This document shows, piece by piece, positions 45,692 through 56,298 of a stretch of DNA of 64,000 nt. This DNA is from a virus (Duplodnaviria > Caudoviricetes): the IMG/VR virus record IMGVR_UViG_3300025450_001231. One strand, given 5' to 3'. The notes below the pieces were generated by a model. That model did no database searches and was not told where the DNA came from. It saw only the letters and a list, made by a program, of their open reading frames with translations. Numbering within the stretch: position 1 is the stretch's first letter; each line of letters starts with the position of its first letter. The position numbers were made by a program, and so were the translations under genes.

Positions 45692-46168
45692 ATGGAAAAA
45701 ATACAACCAAAACTTTATGTATTAATCGGAGTACCGGCTAGCGGTAAAAGCACGTGGGTCAACGCCCAAAATTGGTCAAATGATTGTGCTATTGTCAGCA
45801 CAGACTATTGGGTAGAGCGTGAAGCCAAGAGTCGAGGTGTTACTTATTCAGAAATTTTTGAAGAGTATATGCCTACTGCACTGGAGTTGATGCTTCATAT
45901 GGTAGAACTTGCCTACGAAGAAGGTCGTGATATTATATGGGATCAAACCAGTACTACAGTATCCAGTCGTCTAAGAAAAATAAAGTTACTGCCCGATTAC
46001 TATAAAATTGCGGTAGTGTGTAAAACCCCGCCGATGAGTGAAATAATGACCAGAGTGAACAACAGACCTGGTAAAAATATTCCACGCGATGTGATTGTGA
46101 AAATGATTAAAAATTGGGAAGATCCTACCCTTGAAGAAGGATTTGACGAAATTTGGAATATAAACTAA
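45692..46168 (+). CDS. AAA_33 / polynucleotide-kinase-like P-loop protein
   Basis: GVPASGKST, VSTD, DQTS...R, RPGKNIP. Confidence 0.8.
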   Translation: MEKIQPKLYVLIGVPASGKSTWVNAQNWSNDCAIVSTDYWVEREAKSRGVTYSEIFEEYMPTALELMLHMVELAYEEGRDIIWDQTSTTVSSRLRKIKLLPDYYKIAVVCKTPPMSEIMTRVNNRPGKNIPRDVIVKMIKNWEDPTLEEGFDEIWNIN

Positions 46169-46180
46169 AGGTGTAACATA

Positions 46181-46354
46181 ATGGCAGGCAAAGCGAAATC
46201 AGTTTACTTAACTGTAAACAAAAAAGGGTCCACAAAGACAGAGTTTACCAAAGTATTCTTTGATGCTAAAGCATACAACGAATTTGTTTCTACAGAAGAG
46301 TTTAAGGCTAAATGGCCCGTTGAAGAATATAACATAATAAAAGAAACCTATTAG
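46181..46354 (+). CDS. small hypothetical protein (57 aa)
   Basis: MAGKAKSVYLTV...KWPVEEYNIIKETY; AAGGTG RBS. Confidence 0.6.
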   Translation: MAGKAKSVYLTVNKKGSTKTEFTKVFFDAKAYNEFVSTEEFKAKWPVEEYNIIKETY

Positions 46355-46374
46355 TAAAATCAAAGGAGGCAACT

Positions 46375-46959
46375 ATGCCTGGCGTATTTTTAGTCAGTGA
46401 CACACACTTTGGTCACGCAGGAGTCTGTAGATTTATGCGAGATGACGGTATTACAAAATTGCGTCCTTGGGATAACACCGAGGAGATGGATGAAGCTATG
46501 GTCAAGGCTTGGAATGAACGGGTAAAGACCACTGACAAAGTCTACCATTTGGGAGATGTTGTTATCAATCGTAAGGCCTTGAACATTATGCATCGCTTGA
46601 ACGGAGACAAAGTCCTGATCCGAGGCAATCACGACATCTTCAAAGACGAAGACTATCGTGTGCATTTTCGTGAGTTACGTGCATACCACGTGATGAATGG
46701 ATTGATATTGAGTCACATTCCGGTGCATCCAGATAGTTTGGGCCGATTCGGAACCAATATTCACGGACATTTGCACAGTAACCGTGTAATGACCTCCGCC
46801 GGCACCAAAGCCAAGCCAGAAATTGATGTTAGATACCATTGTGTATGCGTAGAACAAACTCCAGACTTTGCGCCCATCTTGTTTGAAGATGTGTTAAAAA
46901 GAATCACAAACGAAGGCGGTACTATCGGATTTAAGAATGGCAACGGCCCTATAATGTAA
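46375..46959 (+). CDS. calcineurin-like metallophosphoesterase
   Basis: SDTHFGH, HLGD, RGNHD, SHIP, HGHLH. Confidence 0.9.
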   Translation: MPGVFLVSDTHFGHAGVCRFMRDDGITKLRPWDNTEEMDEAMVKAWNERVKTTDKVYHLGDVVINRKALNIMHRLNGDKVLIRGNHDIFKDEDYRVHFRELRAYHVMNGLILSHIPVHPDSLGRFGTNIHGHLHSNRVMTSAGTKAKPEIDVRYHCVCVEQTPDFAPILFEDVLKRITNEGGTIGFKNGNGPIM

Positions 46960-46981
46960 ATACTACACTAATCTATAAACT

Positions 46982-48760
46982 ATGAAATACGTAACACCCC
47001 CAAAACAACCATTACAAACAAACACACAAACGCTGATTCCAACCGGTGTTAATTTAGTTGAACTAAATGCAACTGCAATGGAATTACACAACAACCAACA
47101 ATACGATGCTGCCAGAGAAAAATATCAAGCAGTACTTGCAGTTGAGCCGAATTATTTTGATGCATTGCACCTATTAGGTCTAATGGAGGCTCAGGCTGGA
47201 AATGTAGAGTTGGGTTTGGAATTGTTAGCCAAAGCAGAAACAGTTAATCCCGATGTTGCTTTCTTGTACAACAATCGTGCAGGCATTTATAAACTAAACG
47301 GAGATCCGGCAGCTGCGTTAGAAGACTGCGATCGAGCACTAAAGCTCAACCCCAGATTTACTGAAGCACAATTGAATCGTAGTCTAATATTATTAGATTT
47401 ACGCAGACTTGACGAAGCATTGGCTGCTTCCGAAAAAGCATTAAAAATGTTGAACCATCCCAGTATCCACAATACTCGCGGAGCAATCTTGAAAGAGATG
47501 GACAAGATTAATGAAGCACAGGCCAGTTTTACTGCTGCAGTAAAGTTAGATAAAACATATCCCGATAGTTATAACAATCGTGGAGTTATCCTGATGGAAA
47601 TGGGAAAAACTGAAGATGCTATCAAAGATTTTCTGACGGCATTGGAACTTAACCCATCGCATAATGCTGCCCGTGCAAATTTAGCAGGTGCATATTCAGA
47701 CGCACATAAATTTGATTTAGCAATAGAAACCTACAATCAGGTATTAGAAGCAAATCCAACCGACAATCAAGTTAGAACACATAGAGCTATGTGTTTGTTA
47801 AATCTTGGAGATTTTGAAAATGGTTGGGCAGAATACGAAGCTCGTTGGTACGTGACTGAAGGTCCTATGTATAGAAGTTTACCAGAATACGAGCAACCTT
47901 TGTGGACAGGTGAACAACCATTAGAAGATCGTATACTTTTATTGTACTCAGAACAAGGACACGGCGACGGATTGCATTTTAGTAGATATGCAAAATATGC
48001 AGTTGAAGTATTAGGTGCAAAAAAGGTGTATCTACAAGTAGACGAATCTTTAGTTGAATTGATGGAAAGTCTATCTCCTAAAATAGAAGTAATTCCATTC
48101 CAACAGTCTGCAGTTATTCAATTTGATTATCATTGCAGTCTCATGAGTATGCCTTTGGCCTGTAAAACCAGTTTAGATAATATTCCTTATCCTGACAAGT
48201 ATTTGAAAGCCCCTACTAAAAAAGTAAATGCTTGGAAAAAGAAATTAGGCACTACTGATAAATTGCGTGTGGGTCTATGCTGGAATGGTGGATACAGAGC
48301 TGAGCCACAGTTTCAAATTTCCAATAATAGACGTAACATTTCTTTTGGCAGATACAAGAGTTTTGCCGACGACAATGTTGAGTTTTACAGTTTACAAAAA
48401 GGTGAAGCTGCAGAAGCTGAATTAGCAAAAACACTTAAAGATAAAAAGTGGAAAGGTCCAAGACCTATTAATTTTGTAGATGAATTCAAGTCTTATGCTG
48501 ATACTGCGGCCTTGATTATGAACCTAGATCTAGTTATTACTGTTGACACCAGCGTAGCACATTTGGCAGCTGCAATGGGCAAAAAAGTATGGATTTTAAG
48601 TAGATTTGATGGTTGCTGGAGATGGATGTTGGAAAGATCCGACTCTCCTTGGTATGACAGTATAACACTTTATAGACAAACTGAATTTGGCGTATGGGAT
48701 GATGTGATTGAGCGAGTTGCCAAAGACCTGCACTCATTGAGTGATAATTTTTCAAAGTAA
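46982..48760 (+). CDS. TPR-repeat protein fused to GT9-like glycosyltransferase domain
   Basis: N-terminal TPRs; EQGHGD, DLVITVDTSVAHLAAAMGK, SPWYDS. Confidence 0.85.
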   Translation: MKYVTPPKQPLQTNTQTLIPTGVNLVELNATAMELHNNQQYDAAREKYQAVLAVEPNYFDALHLLGLMEAQAGNVELGLELLAKAETVNPDVAFLYNNRAGIYKLNGDPAAALEDCDRALKLNPRFTEAQLNRSLILLDLRRLDEALAASEKALKMLNHPSIHNTRGAILKEMDKINEAQASFTAAVKLDKTYPDSYNNRGVILMEMGKTEDAIKDFLTALELNPSHNAARANLAGAYSDAHKFDLAIETYNQVLEANPTDNQVRTHRAMCLLNLGDFENGWAEYEARWYVTEGPMYRSLPEYEQPLWTGEQPLEDRILLLYSEQGHGDGLHFSRYAKYAVEVLGAKKVYLQVDESLVELMESLSPKIEVIPFQQSAVIQFDYHCSLMSMPLACKTSLDNIPYPDKYLKAPTKKVNAWKKKLGTTDKLRVGLCWNGGYRAEPQFQISNNRRNISFGRYKSFADDNVEFYSLQKGEAAEAELAKTLKDKKWKGPRPINFVDEFKSYADTAALIMNLDLVITVDTSVAHLAAAMGKKVWILSRFDGCWRWMLERSDSPWYDSITLYRQTEFGVWDDVIERVAKDLHSLSDNFSK

Positions 48761-48799
48761 CTTCTCTAACTTAAATATTATTTTAACCCTTCAACTATT

Positions 48800-49771
48800 A
48801 TGTCACTCAAACAAGAAATTCTCAAATATAGCCGCCAAGAAACTATGGCACCACTATCCAGCTGGTTCGAAGCCCAATTGGACGATCTAATTGCACAAAA
48901 TGTCTATGTAGATCAAAACACGCTGGAAGATACTGGCCGCAAATTGGTTAGCGGACTAATTGCCTATGCCAAAAAATACAACATTCAAACTGCCGCTATC
49001 GGTATGAGTGGTGGTGTAGACAGTGCACTGACTGCTGCGTTATTCAAAGCCGCAGGATGGCGAGTAATAGGTATCACTATGCCTATTCACCAAAAACAAG
49101 AAGAAACTGACCGTGGGGTTGAAGCTTGTAAAGCACTAGGCATTAGCCACAAACACGTGGATTTGACCAAATCATATGATACACTACTAAAAAGTATCGC
49201 AGAGCACGACCCTGCTATTAACAATGCTGACCAAGCATTACGCAGAGGCAATCTAAGAGTCAGATTGCGTATGATGACCGTCTACAACGAAGCCAGTGCT
49301 AACAAAGGTTTGGTTGCCAGTACTGATAACTTCAGCGAGTTGGCTGCTGGATTTTGGACACTACACGGCGATGTAGGTGATGTTGCTCCTATTCAAAGTC
49401 TGCTAAAAAGTTGGGAAGTTCCTAAGCTAGCAGAAATCTACGGTGTACCTGACAGCACAGTATTTGCTCGTCCCACAGACGGACTTGGTATTACTGATGG
49501 CGACGAAGATCAATTTGGATTCAGTTATCTTGAATTTGATCTAGTACTAATGAAACTGTGTCAAGCACCTAACTTGACTACACGTTTGGAAATGATCAAC
49601 TACTTGAATCTGCCAGATGACGAGCACGTGGTCAAAGTAAATCGTATCTTGGATCGTATCAAGGGCAGTACATTCAAGAGAGCCAATCCCTACAATTTAG
49701 ATCATCCACTACAACCAGATCGTTATCCTGGTCTAAAAAGTGTTGACACTAACTTGTGGACCGCTATCTAA
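48800..49771 (+). CDS. nadE: NH3-dependent NAD+ synthetase
   Basis: GMSGGVDS PP-loop, GNLRVRLRM, STDNFSE...GFWTLHGD, PTDGL. Confidence 0.85.
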   Translation: MSLKQEILKYSRQETMAPLSSWFEAQLDDLIAQNVYVDQNTLEDTGRKLVSGLIAYAKKYNIQTAAIGMSGGVDSALTAALFKAAGWRVIGITMPIHQKQEETDRGVEACKALGISHKHVDLTKSYDTLLKSIAEHDPAINNADQALRRGNLRVRLRMMTVYNEASANKGLVASTDNFSELAAGFWTLHGDVGDVAPIQSLLKSWEVPKLAEIYGVPDSTVFARPTDGLGITDGDEDQFGFSYLEFDLVLMKLCQAPNLTTRLEMINYLNLPDDEHVVKVNRILDRIKGSTFKRANPYNLDHPLQPDRYPGLKSVDTNLWTAI

Positions 49772-49830
49772 TCAATTAGACGAATTTGTAATCATGGTAT
49801 AAATACGGGTGCTACTAACCTGTTACTGCC

Positions 49831-50268
49831 ATGATTTACACCATCAAAAATATTTCTGACCCTCTGGCCACATATCTCAAAGACGATCCTGTGCGCCCAC
49901 ACATCCCCCATGACCAACGCTTCGGAGCCAATAGACAAGTATTTGCCTTGACCGACGAAGTCAACACAGTTAAGGCTGTTATTTGTGCTAGATTTTGCAC
50001 AGGTATTCCCAGTACCGAACAAGAGCTACTAGCCGATAATAGCACTGACCCTGACACAGTGGTATTCTATACCATATGGAGTTATCGACCTGGAGCCGGC
50101 CAACAGCTGATACGCGAAGGACTTCAATTGGTAAAAAAAGAGTTGCCCACTGTTAAAAGATTTGTTACACTTAGTCCTCAAACGGAATTAGCAAAACGCT
50201 TCCATTTGAAGAACGGTGCTAATGTATTCAGGATTAACACTGATACTGTTAATTACGAATATATATAG
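49831..50268 (+). CDS. GNAT-fold protein resembling the malonyl-CoA decarboxylase C-terminal domain
   Basis: VFYTIWS...GAGQQLI...RFVTLSP. Confidence 0.45.
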   Translation: MIYTIKNISDPLATYLKDDPVRPHIPHDQRFGANRQVFALTDEVNTVKAVICARFCTGIPSTEQELLADNSTDPDTVVFYTIWSYRPGAGQQLIREGLQLVKKELPTVKRFVTLSPQTELAKRFHLKNGANVFRINTDTVNYEYI

Positions 50269-50291
50269 TATCAACTATAACTTAACAATCA

Positions 50292-51065
50292 ATGAATTCT
50301 GTAAAAAACTATGTGGTGTGTGCTCACCGCCGAATAAAAAGTACCAAATGGATTTGGAAAGATACTAAAGACGAGGGCGATATCTACGAACTGTATCGAC
50401 AGATGTGTTTGAACAGTTTGGCCAGTGCAAGACATTTTCTCGAAGGTGATTGGGAATATGTTGTACTTGATGAAGAAATTGAACACATCAATGACGCAAT
50501 GCCATTGAATAATGATCGTGTGCACGACCTTTGGCACCGTGAACCCTGCAACATTCTATGGGTCGGACCTGACGTGCAGTTTGTTAAGCCTACAAAACTG
50601 TTTGGCGAGTTCAATGAATTCAGACTGTTTAACTGGACTGATCCCAAAGTCTGGTACGAACCTAACCAATATAATGCTCGATTCGATAACTTGTTTAACA
50701 ATGATCTACAGTATTATCCCAGCAATATGGATCCTAAGTTGTGGGAAATTGAACGTGAAATGCGTGCAGCTTGGGACACAACTGACGGAATGGGCAGCTA
50801 TAACAATCAACAGATCATCCATAATACCATGTTCTGGAGTCAGGGATTAGAGTGGGAAGATGCACATCGTCCTGACTTGTTTTATCAAGCACAGTGGATT
50901 CCCAATTGGGCCAGCATAGCTACTCAAGACGAGTGGAACGGTTGCAAATACGAAGATGCACAAGTGATCCATTGGCACAGCAGTCGCCACGCACCCACCA
51001 AGCTAGCTTGTATGCAACAGGTTAACGAAGCGTTGGGAATCGAACCTGCCACTGAACTAAAATGA
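50292..51065 (+). CDS. putative nucleotide-diphospho-sugar transferase
   Basis: Lies in the sugar cluster; VGPD and VIHWHSSR motifs. Confidence 0.5.
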   Translation: MNSVKNYVVCAHRRIKSTKWIWKDTKDEGDIYELYRQMCLNSLASARHFLEGDWEYVVLDEEIEHINDAMPLNNDRVHDLWHREPCNILWVGPDVQFVKPTKLFGEFNEFRLFNWTDPKVWYEPNQYNARFDNLFNNDLQYYPSNMDPKLWEIEREMRAAWDTTDGMGSYNNQQIIHNTMFWSQGLEWEDAHRPDLFYQAQWIPNWASIATQDEWNGCKYEDAQVIHWHSSRHAPTKLACMQQVNEALGIEPATELK

Positions 51066-51856
51066 AAATAGCAGTTTTAGGTGCAAGAGGATTCTTAGGA
51101 TCTTTTCTCTGTCGTTGGCTGAATAAAAAGCACATAGTCATAGAAGTCACAAGAAATATACTCGATCTCACTGACTACATTAGTGTTAGCCAATGGCTAA
51201 TGACCGTACAACCTGATGCAGTTATTAATTGTGCTATCAGTGGCGGTGGTCAGGGAATAGAAGATATTAGTTATTCGGATGTCCAGCGTGATCTACAGAT
51301 ATTTCTTAACTTTTACAACAATACCGGTGGTTTTAAGTACATAAATATTAGTAGTGGTGCTGAGTTTGATCGTCGTACAGATATTGACAAAAAACCAGAA
51401 TCTGCGATACTGCTTTCCCATCCACTGGAGTCATACGGCTTTACCAAAAACACCATTTCCCGTATGGTTCTCAACAGAGACAATTTTTATAATCTTAGAT
51501 TATTTGGTTGCTTTGACCGCACAGATCCCCCATTTAGACTATTCAAAAAGTTTAAGCTACAACAAGCAATTGCTGTAACTGATAGGTACTTTGACTATAT
51601 CAGTGCCAGCGATTTTGCACGAGTAGTTGATTACTATCTGCAGGATATTGTGTTGCCCAAAGATATCAATTGTGTATACGAAGACAAATTACTGTTAAGC
51701 GAACAACTAAAACTGTTTGCAAGATATCACATAACCAACGCTGAGATTAATGTAATTGGCACTGATAATAAAAACTACACAGGCAATGGTCAAGTGTTGG
51801 CAGATTTGGATATCCTACTAGAAGGATTAATAAAAGGAATTAAAAAATATGAGTAA
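51062..51856 (+). CDS. NAD-dependent epimerase/dehydratase/reductase
   Basis: GARGFLG, INCA, SSGAEF, YGFTK. Confidence 0.85.
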   Translation: MKIAVLGARGFLGSFLCRWLNKKHIVIEVTRNILDLTDYISVSQWLMTVQPDAVINCAISGGGQGIEDISYSDVQRDLQIFLNFYNNTGGFKYINISSGAEFDRRTDIDKKPESAILLSHPLESYGFTKNTISRMVLNRDNFYNLRLFGCFDRTDPPFRLFKKFKLQQAIAVTDRYFDYISASDFARVVDYYLQDIVLPKDINCVYEDKLLLSEQLKLFARYHITNAEINVIGTDNKNYTGNGQVLADLDILLEGLIKGIKKYE

Positions 51857-52793
51857 AAAAGTTGTTTATGTAACAGGTTGCTTGGGATTTATTGGAATCC
51901 ACGTGACCCGGGCTTGCCTTGAACAAGGATGGTATGTAACTGGTGTGGATAAAATTACCTACGCCAGTAATACAAAATTCCTAGATGAGTTCTTGGCAAA
52001 TCCCAATTTCCAGTTTATACAAAAAGACATTAACGATTTGGATAGACTGTATGAGTGTGATTATATCATTAATACTGCCGCAGAAACACACGTGGATAAC
52101 AGTATTATGAGCAGTGATGTGTTCTTAAAAAGCAATGTAAACGGAGTGCATCACTTGTTGAAGCTGATTACCGAAAAAGCCAAATACAAAATGCCCACAC
52201 TACTGCATTTTAGTACAGACGAAGTCTACGGTGATATCCTTGAAGGCAGTCACGTGGAAACAGATTTGTTAAAACCCAGTAATCCCTATAGTGCTACTAA
52301 AGCAGCCGCAGATATGTTGATTTTGGCTTGGGCAAGAACTTTTAACTTACCATACGTTATTGTTCGTCCTACCAACAACTATGGCATTGGCCAGTATGTG
52401 GAAAAACTTATTCCCAAAAGTTGTAAACATTTGACCATTGGCAAACAAATTGATCTACACGATCGTGGCCTTCCTGTTCGCACTTGGTTGCACGCAGAAG
52501 ATACTGCTCGTGCAGTATTAACCATTATCAACAGTGGGGTTCAAAACGAAATCTACAACATCAGTGGCAACGCTGAATTGCAAAACATTGTGGTAGTTCA
52601 AAAGATTATCGAATACTTTAACGGTGACAAGGACTATGCCAAATATCTTTTTGATATGGTGCGTGTGGGACAGGATCAAAGATACAGTATCGATGATACT
52701 AAACTCAAAACTTTGGGCTGGCAACCACAAGCAAAGTTTGACAAAGAGCTGAAGAAGATAGTACAATACTACAAGAACAACTTTATTTGGTGA
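51849..52793 (+). CDS. rfbB: NDP-glucose 4,6-dehydratase (RfbB-like)
   Basis: TGCLGFIG, AAETHVDNSI, STDEVYG, PSNPYSATKA. Confidence 0.88.
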   Translation: MSKKVVYVTGCLGFIGIHVTRACLEQGWYVTGVDKITYASNTKFLDEFLANPNFQFIQKDINDLDRLYECDYIINTAAETHVDNSIMSSDVFLKSNVNGVHHLLKLITEKAKYKMPTLLHFSTDEVYGDILEGSHVETDLLKPSNPYSATKAAADMLILAWARTFNLPYVIVRPTNNYGIGQYVEKLIPKSCKHLTIGKQIDLHDRGLPVRTWLHAEDTARAVLTIINSGVQNEIYNISGNAELQNIVVVQKIIEYFNGDKDYAKYLFDMVRVGQDQRYSIDDTKLKTLGWQPQAKFDKELKKIVQYYKNNFIW

Positions 52794-52796
52794 TCA

Positions 52797-54116
52797 ATGG
52801 AAGAAATATTAAAACTCGTGCGTGAATATGCAGAACAAAAATCTGCAAAGAAAACTTGGACTGCTGGTAAGGATTTTGTCAACTATGCAGGTGCTTACTA
52901 TGATGCGGAAGAATATGCCGCAGGTGTAGAAAGTCTATTAGGTGGCTGGCTGGCCATGGGAGATGCTGGATTAAAATTCGAGCGTAGATTCCCCAAGCAG
53001 TTTGGTAAACAGTTGGGCATTGTTACCAACAGTGGTAGTAGCAGTAACTTGTTAATGATGAGTGCACTAACCAGCAAGCGAGGACATAACCTGCCCAAAG
53101 GCACAAAAGTGCTGATGCCTATTGCAGGATTTCCCACTACACTAAACCCTACACTACAAGTGGGATTTACTCCAGTGTTTGTGGATATTGAATTGGATTC
53201 TCTGAATCTCGATCTTGATGCAGTTGAACAAGCATTGGCTGCAGATCCAGAAATTCGTGTTATTACTTTTGCCCACGTGTTGGGTAATCCTCCCAATATG
53301 GATCGATTGATGCAGTTGGTCGACAAGTATAATCTTATACTACTAGAAGATTGTTGTGATGCATTGGGCAGTACTTATGATGGCAAGCCCTTGGGTAGTT
53401 TTGGTCTAATGGCCAGTTGCAGTTTTTATCCTGCACACCATATGACCATGGGCGAAGGCGGATATGTTGCTACAGATGATGCCAATACAGATGTAATACT
53501 TCGCAGTTTCCGTGAATGGGGCAGAGGTTGTTACTGTGTTGGACCAGATGCCAACAAACTCAAATGCGGTACTTGCGGCAAGCGTTTTAACAATTGGATT
53601 GAAACACTACCTGATGAAATATTCGACCACAAGTATGTTTACGATGAGATCGGCTATAACCTAAAACCAATCGAACTACAATGTGCTATGGGTCTAAAAC
53701 AGTTGGATAAACTGCCAGAGATTCACGCACTGCGCCGTCGTAACTATCAATTGCTGTATGATATCTACAGCAAGTACGAAGAATTCTTTATTGTTCCCAA
53801 GCCCCAGGCCAAGAGTGATCCCAGCTGGTTTGCTTTCCCTATTACCATTAGGTCAAGCGAACACTTCAAACGCAGTGACATTGTGGACTATCTCGAAGAG
53901 AATCTAATTCAAACTCGTCCATACTTTGCTGGCAATATTATGCTACAACCCGCATACAGTCACTTGATGGATCCACAGTTGGCCAAGAACAACTTCCCCA
54001 ATGCTACCCACGCTATGACAAATACTTATTTCCACGGTACAAGTCCGGTGATTACACCCGAACAAATTGCTTACATTGGAGAAAAAGTAGATGGTTTTAT
54101 GAGTCTATTCACATGA
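52797..54116 (+). CDS. rfbH: CDP-4-keto-6-deoxyglucose 3-dehydrase (RfbH/DdhC)
   Basis: NSGSSSNLL, EDCCDALG, SFYPAHHMTMGEGG (His in place of Lys), DHKYVYDEIGYNLK. Confidence 0.92.
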   Translation: MEEILKLVREYAEQKSAKKTWTAGKDFVNYAGAYYDAEEYAAGVESLLGGWLAMGDAGLKFERRFPKQFGKQLGIVTNSGSSSNLLMMSALTSKRGHNLPKGTKVLMPIAGFPTTLNPTLQVGFTPVFVDIELDSLNLDLDAVEQALAADPEIRVITFAHVLGNPPNMDRLMQLVDKYNLILLEDCCDALGSTYDGKPLGSFGLMASCSFYPAHHMTMGEGGYVATDDANTDVILRSFREWGRGCYCVGPDANKLKCGTCGKRFNNWIETLPDEIFDHKYVYDEIGYNLKPIELQCAMGLKQLDKLPEIHALRRRNYQLLYDIYSKYEEFFIVPKPQAKSDPSWFAFPITIRSSEHFKRSDIVDYLEENLIQTRPYFAGNIMLQPAYSHLMDPQLAKNNFPNATHAMTNTYFHGTSPVITPEQIAYIGEKVDGFMSLFT

Positions 54117-55282
54117 AAAAATTAAGTACTGCCGCAATGAACATTGATGGACAACCAATGTTCAAATATTTAGATCGTGCCCGTAAGCTAGAAGCTGAAG
54201 GTCGTTCAATGATACATATGGAGATTGGTGATCCAGATTTCTGCACACCACCAAACATCACTATGGCGGCTGTTCGAGCGTTAGCTGAAGGACGTACACA
54301 CTATACCAGCAGTTGGGGCGACTTGGAGTTTAGAGAAACCATTAGAACTGCTACTTACAAAAGTAGAAAGTTTATGCCAGACTTGAATCAAGTATTGGTA
54401 GTACCCGGTGCTAACATTGGCATTTACTATGCGGTGTTTACACTTTGCGATCCCGGAGAGGAAGTATTGGTACCAGATCCTGGCTTTGCTACCTACTACA
54501 GTTCAATTAAAATGTGCGGAGTAAACGCAGTTCGTGTTCCTTTATTAGAGGAAAACGGATTTAGAATGCAGGCCACAGATGTACGTGCACGTATCACTGA
54601 CAAAACACGTTTACTGATTCTAAACAGTCCCAACAATCCCACTGGTGCAGTAATGACTCGGCAGGAGTTGAAAGACATCTACGATCTTTGTGTAGAAAAA
54701 GATATCTACTTATACAGTGATGAAATTTACAGTCGTATGATTTACGATGACTATGACTTTAGCAGTCCTGCACAGTATGATCAATGTCGCACACACGTTA
54801 TATTAAGTAATGGATTCAGCAAGGCCTTTGCTATGACTGGATGGCGATTAGGTGCACTAATCGGTCCCCCTGAAGTTATGGAACGTATGAGTCAGTTGTT
54901 ACAAACCACCAGTAGTTGCGTTAGTAGTTTTATTCAAAGTGCAGGTACCGAAGCCATACGTGGTCCACAGGATGCAGTATATTCAATGATGAAAACCTAT
55001 GAGCAACGCAGGGATCTATTGGTAGAGGGCCTAAACAATGTGCCTGGATTCTCTTGCCAAAAGCCTGGCGGAGCATTTTATGTGTTTCCCAATATTACAG
55101 GCACTGGACTTACTGATGTTGAAGTATGCGAACAACTAATGGATCAAGCTGGGGTAGTTACTGTTCCAGGCAGTTGTTTTGGAGAACACGGAGCCGGACA
55201 CATTAGACTATGCTATGCTACAGACAGAAATAGCATAATGTCGGCAATTGCAAGAATTAAACAATGGGCAGAAAAATTATGA
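54113..55282 (+). CDS. class I/II PLP aminotransferase (aspartate aminotransferase-like)
   Basis: NSPNNPTG, SDEIY, GFSKAFAMTGWRLG. Confidence 0.92.
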   Translation: MKKLSTAAMNIDGQPMFKYLDRARKLEAEGRSMIHMEIGDPDFCTPPNITMAAVRALAEGRTHYTSSWGDLEFRETIRTATYKSRKFMPDLNQVLVVPGANIGIYYAVFTLCDPGEEVLVPDPGFATYYSSIKMCGVNAVRVPLLEENGFRMQATDVRARITDKTRLLILNSPNNPTGAVMTRQELKDIYDLCVEKDIYLYSDEIYSRMIYDDYDFSSPAQYDQCRTHVILSNGFSKAFAMTGWRLGALIGPPEVMERMSQLLQTTSSCVSSFIQSAGTEAIRGPQDAVYSMMKTYEQRRDLLVEGLNNVPGFSCQKPGGAFYVFPNITGTGLTDVEVCEQLMDQAGVVTVPGSCFGEHGAGHIRLCYATDRNSIMSAIARIKQWAEKL

Positions 55283-56298
55283 GAGTATGCGATTGGATTG
55301 CGGAATATCTTTATAGTCAAGGAGTAGAACGTGTACACGGCCTTATGGGCGGTGGTGCAAGCGGTCTAAACGATGGCTTTATCAAACAAGGACAAATTGG
55401 TTATATTTGTTATCACCACGAACAGGGTGCAGGTCATGCTGCCATTGGAGAAGCAAAATACACGGGCCGTTTGTCAGTAGTCAATCCCACAACTGGTTGT
55501 GCTGGCACCAACTGTGCTACCAGTGTACTAGATGCTTGGCAAGACAGTACACCTGTGTTGTTTCTCAGCGGTAATGTCAGACTAAACACCTGTAGTGGTT
55601 ATATCAATCAAACACAAGGTATTAACATTCGCAAGTACGGTATTCAAGAACACCACGTGGTTGATACCTACAAGTCAATGACCAAATTCAGTTACTTTGT
55701 CACTGATGTAAAAGATGTTGCGTATGTTATGCAGTATGCGGTGTATATTGCACAGGCCGGAAGACCAGGTCCAGTTTGGGTTGATATTCCCGGAGACATA
55801 CAAACTGCAGAAATGCCCGCACGCTACAGAGAATACACTCCACCGACATTGCCCACAGTGGCAAAAAATGCGGTAGATTATTCTGCAATTAAAACTGCCA
55901 TAGCAAATAGTCAACGGCCTATTGTATTGGCAGGCTACGGCATCAGACAAGCCAATTGCGTAGATGAATTTGTTGAATTTATCGAACAGTATCAAATGCC
56001 TTTTGTTAGTACATATGGAGCGAGAGACTATATTACAGACTCGCACTCTTTAAGTATTGGTGCAGTGGGCATCAAAGGCAGTCGTGCCGGTAACTTTGCA
56101 CTAACCAATGCTGATTTGTTATTGGTGTTGGGCAGTAGTCTGGGTGGTAGTGTTATTGGCTACGATCCAAAACAGTTTAGTCCTGCAAGTTATAAAATTG
56201 TAGTGGATATTGATTCAAACGAATTAAAAAAGAATATTGTTAAAATTGATGCTGCTTACAACATCAGCTTAAAAGAATTTTTCGGAGCAATGCTATGA
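55279..56298 (+). CDS. ThDP-dependent enzyme, N-terminal Pyr and central domains (acetolactate-synthase-like)
   Basis: HHEQGAGHAA, GRPGPVWVDIP. Confidence 0.85.
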   Translation: MRVCDWIAEYLYSQGVERVHGLMGGGASGLNDGFIKQGQIGYICYHHEQGAGHAAIGEAKYTGRLSVVNPTTGCAGTNCATSVLDAWQDSTPVLFLSGNVRLNTCSGYINQTQGINIRKYGIQEHHVVDTYKSMTKFSYFVTDVKDVAYVMQYAVYIAQAGRPGPVWVDIPGDIQTAEMPARYREYTPPTLPTVAKNAVDYSAIKTAIANSQRPIVLAGYGIRQANCVDEFVEFIEQYQMPFVSTYGARDYITDSHSLSIGAVGIKGSRAGNFALTNADLLLVLGSSLGGSVIGYDPKQFSPASYKIVVDIDSNELKKNIVKIDAAYNISLKEFFGAML

